Assembly (NCBI GenBank): GCA_942493245.1
Contig: OW818685.1
Coordinates: 4,770,973-4,834,972, forward strand
DNA length: 64,000 bases
Origin: an uncultured Candidatus Sumerlaeota bacterium
GTDB lineage: Bacteria; Sumerlaeota; Sumerlaeia; UBA8349
Direction: 5' to 3'
A program made the translations under genes and the position numbers. The notes under the pieces were generated by a model. The model was not told where the DNA came from and did not search any database. It worked only from the letters and a program-made list of their open reading frames with translations. Of the stretch, positions 8,001 through 23,000 are shown piece by piece; position 1 is the first letter of the stretch; each line of letters begins with the position of its first letter.

Positions 8001-11000
8001 TCGGTGTCGAAGTCGAGATCCGCCGTCGGCTTCCACGCCGGGTCAGTCAAACCTGTTATTGTCGGCGCGACCGGCTTCGCCTGAGTCTTCTTCCACAGGT
8101 AGAGATCCCAGGAAAGCGCTCCGGCCGAACGGCCCCACGTCATCGTCGCATCCACCGGAATGGAAAGCGAAGCGTCTTCCGGGTAGGGCGAGAAGGGCGC
8201 CTGAATGTCCGTGCGGAACGTCCAGACCGGTCCTTCCGTCGAATCCACCCGGTTTTTCGCCACCACCTGCCACGAATACGTCGTCAGGTAGTCGAGGGCG
8301 GCGGGCAGCGGATACTGACTGACCGACAGCGCCTCGGCGGTGAACGTGGTGGGCACAGGTTTGTCGGCCCGCCAGAACTTCAGGTCGTAAGATGTCGCCA
8401 TCGGCGTGTCGGCCCAGTCCAGTTGCAACGCGACCGATGCGGTCGTTGCGCCGTCCGCCGGAGCGGGTTGCGCCGGGGTCTCGGGTTTCAGCAGGATCGT
8501 CGTGAAGGTCCAGGTCGGCCCCTCGGTCCCCCCCGCCGTGTTGCGCGCCACGACTTTCCACTTGTAACTGGCGTCGTAGGGCAACGTCTGCGGCGGCGAG
8601 TACTGACTCACCGTCAAACCCGACGTGGTGGGCGACCAGGGTTGCCCTTCCGTCGCTTTCCAGAGATAGACGTCGTAGGTCGCCACGCGCTTCGAGTCCG
8701 CCCAGTCCAGCGTCAAGGTGACGGGCGCAGTGGTTGAATTGTCCTCGGGGTTGGGCGTCGTGGGCGCTTCCGGCGCAGTCAGATAGATCGTCCGGAACGC
8801 GGATTCCGTACTCGCCACCGTTCCCTGTGCGTTGCGCGCCACCACCTGCCAGCGGTAATCCGTCCAGTAGGCCAGACCGCCCGGTACCTGGAAGGTCTTG
8901 CCCATCAGCCCCGCCTGAGTCGGAACAACCGGTTTGGCCTCATTCGACTTCCACAGATAGAAGTCATACGAATCGGTCAAGCCGCCGCCGCTCCAGTTGA
9001 AGGTCACATCCGACTCGACGTTGGTGGCGTTGTTGGCCGGGGTCAGCAGAATCGGGCGTTCGGGCCAGATGGACGGCGCAAACGTCACCTGATCGACCCA
9101 CCCGGCGTTACTGCCCGCCGTCCACCACCCACGCGTATAGACCCACTTGAGCGAGTGCGATCCGGCGGGCACCTCGACGGTCTGTGAGGTCCAGCCCACT
9201 TCGCCGTTGATCGAGACCTGTTGCGCATCGTCAATGTAGAACCGCAGCGTGGTGTCGGTGTGCGCCGAGAGTTTCCACCAGAACGTCAACGTGCGATGCT
9301 CGGTCGTCGAGATGTCGGCGCGCAACGTGCTCGGCACGTTATAGCCCGTGTTGCCGCTCTGCGCCGCATCAACGCCGTCGTGCGTCACCTCGGTCTGATA
9401 GAACCACGTTGCGTCCCCTTCGGTGGACCATGTCATGGGCAGCAGGTTCGCATCCACCGAGTTAGCCAGATTCTTCGGATAGACGCTCAACAGCCACGAT
9501 TCTTCGTCCGAACCCAGTTCGTTCGTGGCGCGAATGGTCACCGTGGTGACCCCCTCGGTCGCCGAAGCCCACGAGACCACGCCGGTGCCGGCGTCAATCG
9601 TCATGCCCTGCGGACCGGCCACCAGCGACCAGGCGATCGGCTGCGCGCCCTGAACCATCTCCGGTGTCGGACCGGTATAAGATTCACCGACCGAGACCGA
9701 AGCGTCGGGAATTTCAACAATGACCGGCGCCTGCGGATCAATGATATTCAGAGTCACCTGCGTCTGCATCGCGGTGCCAAGCTCCACATACCGCGCGGTC
9801 AATGTGACCTGGGATGGGGTCGGAGCATCCGGATCAATCGTGATCTCGACTCCGTTAATCTCAACATAATCCGCCGGAGCCGCCTCGAACTCGATCGTCG
9901 AGGTCACGTTCAGACGCGTACCGTTCACATAGTTGACAAACGCGCGTCCGTTGATCACATTGCCCGGACTGACGTTGATCTCAGTCCCTTCGGCCATCGC
10001 CTTCGACACCACCCGACCCACTCCGTCTTCCACCTGCGCGGAAAGCGCCTTGAGGGTCGAGGACGTCTCGGGGAAGTCCAGATAGACTTCGAGGTTGCCC
10101 GCCAGGACGCGGTGATAGAGCGACACGTAGCCCTCGCGCCAGCCGATCATCAGCGTCTGGTCGTTGTTGCTGAATCCCACCGACGCTGCGCCGATGTTCT
10201 CCTCACCCATACCCGAAGCCGGCAGGAACTCGCGGATCGTCGAGCCGTCGTTCATGTTGATGAGCCGCACCGGGCGCGCCGATTGCCCCGGCTTGCTGCC
10301 GCCCGAAACACCCACCAGCGCCAGCGTCCCATCCTCGGAAATGGCCACGGTGAAGGACGCGTCCACCGACTCGCCCATCAGCGCATCCACCGTCACACTC
10401 ATGATGAAAATATCATTGACCAGAGAGGGACCGGCGACCAGGTCCGAAATGTCGTAGGTCTCCAGATAGTACATGTGGGTCTGTTCAATATCGTCTCCCG
10501 AGACCTCCTCGGTCACGGCCACACACCGTGTGCCCAGTTCGTTCACAAACAACTGCAAGGGCGAGTGGCGCGTCTTCATGCCGTTGAACAACAGACCCGC
10601 GCTGTTCCAGATCCCGATAAACCGTTCATTGTACATGCCGCCCAGGAAGTGGTTCTCGAGGCGGAAGTCAAGAGCGCCCGCCACACGGGATTCCTCGCGA
10701 ATCTGGCTCAGGTTCGCCAGATCCCACAGCCGCACCTTCGAGTCCGCCGTCACCATCCGCGTTCCCTGCGGCGAGATGGCAAACGCAGACGCCGGGGTAT
10801 GCAGCGTTTTCCAGAGCAGATCGTTGGCCGTATCGTACATGAAGATCGAAACGCCCACGCGCGTGGCCAGTTTCGAACTGTCGTTGGTAAAGTCCATGCC
10901 CTCGAACTTCGGGTCAATGAAGTACCCGGTTTCCATCAGGCGCGTCGCGGTCATATCCACCCGGTTTGTCCCCGGTGTCCACTTCATGGTCCGCTTCGGA

Positions 11001-14000
11001 TCCTGCGTGAAGACCGTCTTGCCGTCTCCGGAGATATGCGCGCCGCTCATCGGGAAACTGTGCGCCAGCGACCCTCGGAAGATCCCGCGTCCGACTTCCC
11101 AGAACTGGAACGACGAAAATTCGCTGATCTTTTCTTCCTCGCCGATGTCCATCCCCATGAACGACACACCCACCGTCTTGCGGCCCGTCGTGCGGCCCGT
11201 CACCACATACTGACCCGACGGATCCACCAGGTAGTGGACAATCTTGCCTTCTGCCGGCGGGTGGTCCAGCCACCGCAACAACAGCCCGTCCTTGTTATAG
11301 ATCCAGGTCGAAACCGGGTCGTTCGTGGCCACATACAACTGTTCGCCGATCACCTTGGCCGCCGTCACAGCCGCCGGGTACTCGTAACGGTCTATCACCT
11401 CGAGGTCCGACTTGCGCCAGCGCGTCAGGGTCTGGTCTTCACCCGTCGAATAAAACCCGTCCGTCCCGAGGTAACCCACCGCCGTGACCGGCTTGGTGTG
11501 AACCAGCAGACCGCTCGGGCGCACCCGGGAACCATCCGTCCGGTTGAACACCATGACGACGTTATCCGCGCCACCGCTCAGCACCTGCGTGCTGTCGAGC
11601 GCCACACTCTGCGTCTTGCCCGTGTGGGCCGGCTTGAGCCATGTGAAGACATTCGTCGAGAGGTCGAACAAACCCACGCGTCCGATCTCATCGCCCACCG
11701 CCAGCATCGCCGTAGCGCCCGAACCCGAGAGCGCCGCACAAACAATTCCCGCATCGTGCGTGAACACGGTCAACGGTGTCGAGGTCGGCACATCCACAGC
11801 CCAGGTCTTGATCGTACCTTCGCCGCCCACCGTCACAATACGCGCCGCGTCCAGATACGCCACGAAGGATATCTGTCCTTCGTGCGCCATGATCACCTGT
11901 TTGATCTGGTACTGCGACGGCGTCACCCCCACCTCGTAGAGGTTGATCGCGCCCGAGCTGCTTCCCAGGGCCAGATTTTTCCCATCCGCGCTGTAGGCGC
12001 CGGACAGACCGTACCCGCCACCCGTCACCTGATAGCGTTCCCACTCGGTCTTCGGGCCGTACAGCGTCACCACCGTGTCGGTCGTGATCGTCTCGCCCGA
12101 CAGCGCCGTGTAGGAACCCGTCACGAGGTAATTGCCCGGACGGGCCGTGTAGTTCACCTTGACGTTCTGCCCCAGAATCTCCATATCCTCGGGCTTGTCC
12201 GCCGTGAGCGTCACATCGGCCGAGACGTCGGCGCTGTAGCCGTCGTCCCACCACGCCGTGTACCGGATGTTACGGAACACGCCGGGGTTCAGGGACAGGT
12301 GATTCGGATCGGCCACCAGCGACACGACCCGGGCGCCGTCCTCATTCACCAGCACCCGCGCTTCGCCGGTCAGGTTCCGGCCACTCTCGCGGTACTGGGC
12401 GCGCAGGACAAACTCACCTTCGGCGCCCGGAGCCACTGTTACGACATTCCCCTCGAGGGTGGCCATCGAGGCCGGTTCGACCTCGATCGTCACCGACGTG
12501 GCTTCCACGCCGCTGCGCGGCGTGATATCGCGCCGGGTGCTGTCGTCATAGACCAGTTCGACCGTGTAGTCCTGGCTCTCGCCCGGTTTCAACACACGCA
12601 GGCTCGGGGTGATTTCGATGCGATCGGCCTGCGAGCGCTCGTACGTTTCCACGTAGTTGTAACTCCAGGCGATCATGATCAACGAGTCGTTGCGCGCGAA
12701 TTGGACCGACCGCACCCGCACGTCCATCAGGCTCGAGTGCATCGGGTAGAAGTAGCGCAGAATGCGGCCCGTCTTGACGTCGTAGAGCCGCACGGTGTTG
12801 TCGCCGCCGATCAACAACAGCGACCCATCCTGCGAAAGCGCCGCATCGTAGTTTGTCCCCTCGAACCGGTACAACCCCACCGGCAGCTGTTTCGGCATGT
12901 CGTACATCTGGACGCCGGTGTGCGCATCCACCATCCCCACTCGTTTGCCGTCGGGGTGGTAAAGCATCTTGTAGGGCGTGTAGGGATTCGTGTTGGTCAT
13001 GTTGTACAGCACGGCGTTCGGGTCATTGGTGCGCAGGGTGATGAGCGACTTGTTGTTGGCGATCGCAAAACCCCACTTCGATCCGTCGCCGCTGAACGCG
13101 CTCTGGTAGTTGCCGTCCGGGCTGGCGTAGTTCGCGAACAGGTCACCCGTCTTGGCCGAATAGAGACGGTCGCCCAGCGCCGCCAGATTGCCATCGGGCG
13201 ACAGGCTGATGTTCGTGTAGTAATAGGTTCCCAGCGTGCGGTCGAGCACCTTCGAGAAGCCTTCGTCACTGACCGCTTCGATCTGGAAACGCCCACTCCA
13301 TTCGTTCGTGATCCACGCCACTTTCGAGCCGTCGTTCGATACATCGAAACCGTAAATTCCATTCAACCCGTCCGAGCGCCGGATCGTCTTGCCCGATTCG
13401 CGCTGCAACAGGTTCATGCCCCAGTTGGTCTCATAGAACAGCCGCGCGCCGTCCTGCGAAAGTCGCGGACGAGCGCTGTTCCAATCCGAAAAGTATCCCT
13501 GCGGACCATACTGCCCGACAAAGGAACCGTCGGAAACCAGGAACACCGCCGACGGCGCCCAGCCGTTCCCGTTCGAATTCACCATCACCCGCTGACCCGC
13601 GTCGTCGAACGTCACGTTGTCGAGGCTGCCGCCCCAGTTCCCACCCGACACGGTATTCAGGTTGATCTGATAAAGTTCCAGTCCCAATTCGTCGTACATC
13701 CGCAACATGGCCTGGTTACCCGTTCCGGTAATCATGCAAATGCGCTTGCCGTCGAACGAAACCGCGGCGCCCTGCGCATTCTGGCCCGTCAGAGAGATCG
13801 TACGCACCGGCATGTGGGTGGAGATTCTCCAAAGTTGGACCGTGGCGTCAGTCGAAGCCGTCATGAGGTGGCTGCCGTCACCCGTGAAACCCACCGCCGT
13901 CACCGCCTGGCTGTGGCCCAGGAACGCCTGCCCCACCTGTACGCCCGTTTCCGAGTTCACCAGGTACGCAAAATTGTCGCTCGTTCCCACCGCAATGGTC

Positions 14001-17000
14001 TGCCCATCCGGCGAGTACGCAATCGCGTTGACGGTCGCATTGCCCGGCACAAACTCCCAGAGTCGCCGCTGCGTGTCAATGTCAAGCAGCATTCCCTTGC
14101 CCTCGGTGATGACCATCAACTTGCTGAAGTCGGGGGACGGCACCGCATAGGTCACCAGCAGGTCGGCGAACATCGCCGAACGCAGCGAACCGGACGTGTT
14201 CAAGTCCCAGATATAGACCGCGCCATCGCGGCTCACCGTCACCGCCGCCGAGTCGTCGCTCGAGAAACCCGCGTACCGCACCTTGTCGTAGTGGTCCTTG
14301 AGCATGATCAACGGCGTATTCGACTCGGAATCGAACACCCAGGCCGAGCCCGTGTCGTAGCCCAGAATCACCCGGTTGCCCGCGTGGTTGAAGCGCCCGC
14401 TCACCCGTGTGCCACCCGGGCTGCGGTAGGTCAGCGTCCACTTCATGTTCTGGTTGGGGTTGTCGCCCAGCCCGCTGCCGACCACAAGCCGCGCCTCGGG
14501 CGCCGTGCCCGAAACCATCTGACCCGCGCCCACCCCGATTCCCTCCGACCGGATCGAGAACGTGATCTCGTCGCCGTTCTTCAGGTTCGCGAAGTTAGCC
14601 ACGGCGATCATGTCGCCGCGCGAGACAAAGGACGCGTCGAACAGGAGCGTTCCCGCGCCCGTCTCCGTGATCTGCAACTGGCCGTCACCCACCACCAGTT
14701 CGTCGCCTGCATCCACAACTCCGTCGCTGTTCTTATCCCAGTACACCCGCGCACCGCTGATGTCCGCGATCTCGATCCCCGTCATGTTGGACATATCGAG
14801 TTGGAGCGACTGCGCCTCGATGCCGGCGGGAGCCAGTTGGAACCCGAGAATCGGCACGTCGTCCTGAGACGCGCTCGCGCCGAAATTCGTCGGCGCCTGC
14901 CAGGCCGCGCTCTTCGAGAGCTGTAATGGATACTTCACAATATGCGTCACCGCGTCCGCGGCGCCGCTCACCGTAGCGGTCCCCACCAGTTTGATATCCG
15001 CGGTCGAGAGTCCGATCTTGAAACGGTTGCCACCCGACAGGTACGCAAAATCCGCCACCACCAGGTAAGCGCTTTCGGTCGCGAACGTCTGGCGGCTGAA
15101 CTCGATCGTACCGCTGCCACCCGAAACACTCACCTCCGGCGCACCGCCCACAGTCCCCTCGCCCGCATCCACCACGCCATTGCCATTGGCGTCAGCGATC
15201 AGGCTCACGCTGCGAATCTTCTGCGCGGTCAGGCCCTCAACGTTCGACAGACGCACGGTCAGGCGCTCGACCTGTTTCGTCGCATCGCCCTTCAACTGGA
15301 AGCCCAGCAACCGCACATCCTGCTGCGCGGCATAGGCGTTCAACTGGTCGGACAACTGTCCGTCCACCGGATTCGACAGAATCACCGCCGGACCCGCCAC
15401 GTGCCGCGCCGAATCCGCTTCCGTCTCGATACCCGTCCCCGCCGGAACCCGGCAGAACCGGTCGTTCAGTGACACTGTAAATCCCTGCCCCGCAACCACA
15501 TCGCGCGCGTCGGCCAGCAGAATGTACGCGCCCGACGGAGAATTCTCCGACACGAACGGGTCGGAGAAAACCACCGACTGGTTCGAGCCTTCCGTCAACA
15601 ACAACCCCGCTCCGCCCACAGTCGTCTGTTCCGAACCGCTGATGCGCCCGTCGCCATTGGTGTCCACCGCCAGGCGGAAGTTCGCCATCTGGCTCCACTG
15701 GAAGTTCCCGGCAGCCTCGCTCAAACGGAACCCGACCTCACGCACCTGCGACGCCTGGGGCGTCACCCGGAACGCCAGCAGTTCCACCGCCGAGAGCGCC
15801 GAACCCACTTCCAGATTGGTGCGTTCCTGACCCGTCACCGGGTTCACGAACCGCACCATCGGGAAAGACGGCTCCAGACTCAAGCCCGTGTAATTCACAT
15901 AATCGGTCACCGGATCACCCAGACCCGCCGCGTTGCCCACATGCCGCGGTCCGGTCGCAGAACCCCACCAGTTGTCCGGCGCGTCGAAGGCCGTCTGCGT
16001 GTTGTTGTACACCGCATAGTTCGAACTGTTCTCGAAGAAGTTCCCCGTCAGGGTCGGCGCAGTCGCCATCGCACCGGTGACCCCGTACGTGTTCCCCGTC
16101 CAGATCGTGTAGGCGTTGCCCACGAACCCACTGCGGGTCACTTCCCAGTTTCGATCCGTCTGGAACAGCAACGCCATCGGCGTTATCGTGCTCTCACAAT
16201 TCACCGACGTGAAGAAACAGCCGTCCGCGTACAACTGACCGCCCACGAGACTGTTCGCCGTATCCGGCGGCGCGACCCACACATGCGCCGCCCACCAGTT
16301 TATGTCGGTTGTTACATTGGCTTCATGCACGTAGAAGCTGCATGTTTTCAGGTTCGCCGTCCCACCGGCGTACACTTCCAGCGGACTCACTCGCGAGGAG
16401 GCGTAATACAATCGGGCCGCGCGCCCCAGGAACGCCGTCCCGGTGGCCTGCATCGTCCCATAGACCCGGATCGACGCCACCGAATCCACTTCGACGTCCG
16501 TCAGGTTCAGCGTACCGCCCGCCTCCACCACCAGCAACCGGTTCGGATGGTCCGTGACCAACGTACTGCTTGTTTCGAACGTCAGCGTCCCACCGGCCTT
16601 GACCACCACCGTTCCATTGCTGGAATACTGATCCGCATTGGTGTTGTCGAACAGGATCTGTGTGCCTTTGTTGCGTACCACCGCCGTGCCTGTCACATCC
16701 CCCCAGATCCGCACGTTCGACTGGCAGTCCTGGAACTGGCACACTCCCACGTTCTGAACACCCGTGCCGAACTTCCACCCGATGCCGTAGCTGAACCCTC
16801 TGAAGGAACAGGGAATGGGCGTCGCCTGCGTGGTGTCGTCCCCGATGCTCGCATTCGGCAGCAACCGCATCTGGACGCCAAACGATGTCCGGTTGCCGCT
16901 GAGCGTGTTGAGCGACTCGAACGAGCATCCCTTCACCTGAATCGAACTCGTGTCCGACGACGTCACAATCGCCGACCATCGCCAGTTATCCGTATAATTG

Positions 17001-20000
17001 CGCTCGATGGATCGCAGTGAACAGCGGTTCAACTCCACATTGCCGCCGTTCAGAACTTCGACCCCGTTGAACCGCCAGCTGTCGTAATACTCCGCGCGTG
17101 TGTAGAACTGGAAGTCCGCGTCAGACGCCACCAGCGTCCCACTCACCTTGATGGCCGTGAAATCCAAAGACCCGCCGTGTCGCACACGGACTCCCGGCCC
17201 GATCGTCAAAGTGACTCCAGCCGGAACCACCAGCTGCGACGTGATCAGATAATCCTTGGTCGTATCATTCCAATTCGTATTCGCCGCCAGAGTCCCTCCG
17301 ACGACGTTCTGGGCATCGTCGTCCATCTCGACCACCTGGACCTGTTTCGACACGACCCCAACCGTTGAACCGGACTCCGCGATCTGGAACTGGGTGGTTC
17401 CATTCGCCGAGTCTCCATCCGCCGCTGCCGCCAGCGTTACGGCCACCGGTGTGTTCCACGCAGACGGTTGAATCTGGAACGTCGCGCCACTCGAAACCGT
17501 CAGATCGGCGTCGCCCCCGGCCACCGCCGTCACCGCCAGCGACACCGGCGCCGAAGGCATCGCGCTGAGCCACACGTGGAAAACCGTCGTGCCCGCTTCA
17601 GCCACCGGCATCTCATCCAAATCGGTCATGACCTCAACCACAGCCGCCACGGCGGGCGAGGCATCCGCCACCCCCATCACTTCGGCGGTCAACAGGTCGT
17701 TGTCGCGGTTCACATCCTCAACCACGCTCGCATCATCGCTCCGCACGTCAAACTTCGCCGGCGTTTCCGGCGACACACTGCCCGCAGGCAGATCCACCGG
17801 CACCTCGGCGCTCGTACCCGCCGCCAGCGCCGGGATCGAGGCCGTTGCCAAAGCCGCGCCACTCGCGCCTGCCGGGCGCACGCCCAGCGTCGCCACCGGC
17901 GACTCCGGTCCACCCGCGTTGCGCACCCGCACCACCAGCCGCGCCGAACCATCCGCCTGCGCCACAGACGAAACCACTTCCATCGGACTGAGGTCCGTGC
18001 CACCCAGCGTCACCCACTGCTGGTTGTTGTATTCGTTGAATTCCGTCACGGTCGAATCCGCGTCCACCACGGCGTACAGCGTGTGCGCGCCCACCGGTTC
18101 GGGGATCGTCCAACTCAACGCGACCGTCACCGACGTGCCGCCCTCGAACCAATCGCCCAGTACCCGCCGCGCCACTTCCACGCCGCCCGCCGCCGGGTTG
18201 CCGTCGTACACCACCACCGAGGCGCCCTGCACGGGCAGGTCGCCCGTGTTGCGCACCAGAATCTCGAAATCCACCACTTCGCCCGAGAGCAACGGGCCGG
18301 CGGAATAGGTCAGGTCGCCCGGCAGAATCGCCAGATCCTTCACCAGCGCCCGCTTCACCACCGCCAGATCCGCCTGGCCGCGCGTCGGCACGCCACCGAT
18401 GGTCACCGACCCGCCGCCATCCAGCGCGATCGTTTCGGTTGTCAACGAAACCGCCTGGCGGTTGTACGCCACGGTCAGGTTCCCCAGATCGTCCCACGCC
18501 GGGGCGTACGCATACTCGATCGCCGCGTCCTGGAACAGCCGCCGATCCTGGCTCCAGACACCGGAGGCCGGATCATAGACCGTGTACATCGCGTTCGTCC
18601 CCTCGGCCGTCTGCGCCTGCCAGATCAACCCAAGGTTCCCGTCGGGATTCGGAGCCAATGCAAAGTCCATGAAGCCCATCGAGTTCGAGTTCGCCCGCAC
18701 GAGCGAGGTCGTCGTCTCGAAATTCTGGTTCATCACCAGGTCGCTGCCCATCTGCCACACCAGATACGTCTGGCCCGTAGCCGTCACGGCGGCCCGGATC
18801 GAATCGTCCAGAACCGCGTTGTTCGTCAACCGAGCCGGCGCGCTCCACGATGAGCCGTTGTATTTCGTGTAATACACTTCCGTGTCTTGCGTCGAGCTGG
18901 TCGCCAGATCGAGTTCGCGCGTATAGGCGTACACGGCCAGATTCCCCGCGCCCGCCAGCGTCTCCGCGCGCTCGCCGGTCAGGTTCGCCACGAGCGCAGC
19001 CGGGGCCGACCAGGTATTCGCATTCGCGTCGAACCGCGCCCAATGCGCCGTCGTCGGAGCCGCGTCGCTCCCGACGAAATAATTTTGCGCGTTCGACTTC
19101 CACGTCAGCAACACGCTGCCGTCCGCCATCGGCCCGCACAACTGCGGACACTGGTCCAGGTACGCGTTGTCCGTCAACGCCACCGGTGTTGACCACGTGT
19201 GGGCCGAGTGGTCCCACCGCGCCCAGACGATCTCATACAGCGGCATGATGACGTCCAGGTTCGCGGTCGTCAGGTTCGGATCCTTCACCCGTTCCCACAC
19301 GGCCACCGCGTCGCCATCGCCGTCGAACGCCACCTGGGGCGCGAACTCACCCTGAGTGTTCGTCTGGATCGGCGCCGGGGCCGACCAGGTTGTCCCGTTG
19401 TAATACGTCCAGTGAATATCCGCGAACTGCAAGTCCGCCCCACCATTGTCCGCCGAATAAAGCAACATCAACGTCGAGCCGTGCGAGGCCAGCGCCGGAG
19501 AGGAATCCGGGTACACATTCGTCACCAGCGTCAGGTCCGCCTGCTCCAGACCCGACGTCACACTCTCTCCGTCCGCCTTGACCAATCCCTCCGCCGCAGC
19601 CCGCACCGGCTGCGCACCCGACGTTCCCAGCATCCGGAAACGATCCAGCGGCGTCTCGCCCGATTCGGCAGACTGAATACCGACCGATGCGCCCGAGGCC
19701 ACAAACTGGCTCGGACCGTTGGCCAGGTAGGCCCGCGACACGGGCCGCTGCCCCGTTACAGAAACGCCATCGGCCAGGAGCGAATTGGGACTGAAGAGCG
19801 CGACGATCCCTTCGCCTCCCTCTGACGGGTAGGTCAGGAACGGATACTCGCCCTTGACCACTTCCATGTCTTTCCACTTGAAGATCGCCCGGACCAGCGC
19901 CTTGAACTCGATCCCCTTGAATTCCGGAATCTGCAAGATGCGCGTTTTCAGCGCCCCCTCGCCACCCACCGACAGCTCCGCCGTCAGCGCCTTATAGAGG

Positions 20001-23000
20001 CGTGGGTTGTAAACCGCGCTGAGCGACGCGCCGAGCTCCGTATCCAGGTTCTCGATCCGCACCGGGGACACGCACAACTGCGCCTCGCCCTTGCCACTCA
20101 AGCCCCCCACAATGTCGAGCCGCTGGATCGAATTGATGTCGAATTTCCACTTCTTCAGATAATCCAGGAACCGGGCAATCTGACCACCCGGGAAGAGGTC
20201 CGTCAGGAGAAACGAAATGATCGTGTCCTTGAACGCGACCTCCAACCCCACCACCGCCTTCTCGAACGACACCCCGGCCAGCGGTGTCGCCTTGCCGCTC
20301 ATCGTGAACGACGGCTTGATCTCCACCTCTTTTTCTCCGTAACGGAACAGCACCTTGCGGTGGTTGTTCCGGTCGCGCTCATTGCCCCGGTAATACTTCT
20401 TCCCTTCGGACAACTTCTTCGCATCGTCGTCCATCGAGCCATTGATCCCCACCGACCACTCGCCGTTGGTCAGTTTATAGATCAAGCCCAGGACCACTTC
20501 GACTTCCGGCCCGAGATAGCCGAGGAAGGGCAGGTTCTTTGTGTTTTTCAGTTTGACCAGCGTCACCTCGCCGCTCAGGAACAGATCCAGGTCCGTCGGC
20601 GTCGTAGGAATCATAGACAGAATCAGACGGAACAGTTCGGGCAACGCCACCACGTTGATTGGCTCGACCCGCTCGGCCTTGCGGCCTTCCTGGTCCTCGG
20701 CCACCACCGTGATCGCGTAACGCCCCAGATTCGTCACGCCCGAGAACCACTGGCTCACGTCGAACTCGAGTTCGAAGAAGTCCGGCGCAGGAGTCCCCAC
20801 TTCAATTTCTTTTGTCTCTTTCGTATCGTTCGACGAGAACGTGACCTTCTTCGGGGTGCCCCCGTTCCAGTTCACGTTCACCACATACTTGTCCCTGAAA
20901 TTGCTCAACCCGGCCAGCAACACGCTCTCGCCGCTGCCGTAGCTCAGTTTGCCCGCCGCGATGGACGGTCCCACCGTCTGCTCCGGCAATGTCAGGTCTA
21001 TCACCACCTGTGCCCCGTTCGACGGAGGCTCGATCGGAAGGGCGTTCTCCCCGTAGCCGTTCTTCGACACCGTCACCACCCGGGCGTCGCTCTCGACCAG
21101 GTCTGCCAACTGGTACTTGCCGTCTGCGCCGCTCAACACCTCGCGCGACGGCGGCTGATTCTTGCGAATCCGCGCCGCCACCGTAGCACCCGCCACCGGC
21201 TTGCCGTCTTTGTCGGTAATCGTTCCCACCACGGTGAACGGTTTGGCCACGGTCAGGACCGACAGGCTCTCGCCCGTCAGTTTCTGTCCCCCGCGCGTGT
21301 TGGCCGAAATGCTGTACCGGATCGGGTACGACCCCGGCTCGAGCGTCTTCCCCTCGGGCAGGGTATAGGTTGCCACCCACTCACCCGCGCCGTCGGACCA
21401 TTGCAGTTTCCCTTCGCCCCGCGCCGTGCCCGAGTTGTCCGTCAGTTTCCACGTAAATTCGTCCGCGTTCTGGTTCGTGATCGGCTGCTGGATCAGATCC
21501 GTCGCTCGTGCCCGGACGTCTAGCGTCCGCGTCAGACGGTTGTAGTTCTCCGACGATTCGATCGTTACACCCGACGAAAGGGAACGGTAATAGACCCCCG
21601 CTCCTTCCTTCCAGACGTAATCCGCGGCGCTCGCGCTGCGCGCCGCCATGCGCTCGAACGCCGGCGACCCTTCACTGTCCGAAACACTCTTGGCCGCCTT
21701 CAGGTCGCTCGCGTTGCACGAATAGATCTGAGCCGGTTCGCCCGCCACACCTTCGTACATCCAGGCAAAGAATTCCTTGCCAAAGCCCCCCGCCACCTCG
21801 GGATACCGCGCCGCATACGAAAGCAGCGTCGGCTCCCTGACCCCGGTTCCCCCCAGGTTCACCGGGTCGCCATTCGACTCGATCCGCTGCCAGTACATCG
21901 CGTTTGAGGTCGAACACCACACAATATCCATCTGACGCGCGCCGCTCGAAGCGATCTGCGGACCGCCGTAGGTCACCAACACATTCCGATCGGGAGAAAT
22001 CTCATGGTAGAGTTTCCCCTTCCACTTCAACCCCTTGCGCGCATGGACCACCGACCAGGTTGTCCACGCCGGGTCAGGAGCCGCCCCCTTGGCGTCTTCC
22101 TTGTGCCGCCATACCACGTGCAGGTTGCCCGTCGAGTCGTATGCCAGGTCCGGACGCCCGTAGCCATCGAACGAATAACTCCCGAACGCCACACCAAACT
22201 TGCGCGAGAACGGCGCCCACCGCGTTTCGGTAATCGGATTCCCATCGGTCCCCAGTTCGACCGTCGCGATGAAATTGATGCCGTTGGGCGCCGGGGTCGC
22301 GTCATCGTACACCCGCCCCTCGCACACCACGATCGGCTGTCCCGCCGGGGTCAAGGCAATCGCCGGCCAATTGTATTCCTGGTTTTTGTATGTCGAGGAC
22401 GGATAGATCTGGAACGCGCGCGACATCTTGTACACGCCGTCTTCGATCCGGATGTAGTTCAAAATGCTGCGGCTCGTCGTCGCGTGGACCACATGCACGA
22501 CGCCCGCCTTGTCCACCGCAATGCGCGGCACCAGCACCGCCGAACTCGACGAGCGGTAGATTTCCTTGGCCGGCACCACCACCTGGTAATCCTTGTCTAT
22601 CTTCGTGTACCACAGGTTGTTGTTGGCCTTCCAGATGATGTGCGCATTCCCCGCGCCGTCAATCGCCATATCCGGCACCGACGCGTTCTGTCCCTCGGGG
22701 CTGACCAGTTTCGCCGGATACTGGTCGTTATCCAGGATCGTCAGCGTGTGGACGTTGTTCACCCCGATGTCCACATTGCCCGGCGAACCGGTCACCGTTG
22801 CCACAATTGTCTCTTTCTTTTCCTTCTCCTGATCGTCCACAATCGCGAAGTTCAGGAAACTCGAACTGGTCCCCTTATAAATCGTCACCGTCATCTGAGA
22901 CGGGGGGTAGTAATCCTTGTCCGCCTGCGCCGTACCACTCAGCGCGTACTGAATCGCGATGTCTTCCGGAGCGACCTCCGACAACGTCACCGTCGCCGTA

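Noticed and set aside
9221-14926. 1901-aa plus-strand ORF (and 6659..8737, 15941..17020, 17468..18853, 22004..24277 plus-strand ORFs)
   Set aside because: Arg/His/Gly-rich with no domains, and entirely antisense to the giant minus-strand gene. High GC suppresses stop codons on the opposite strand.
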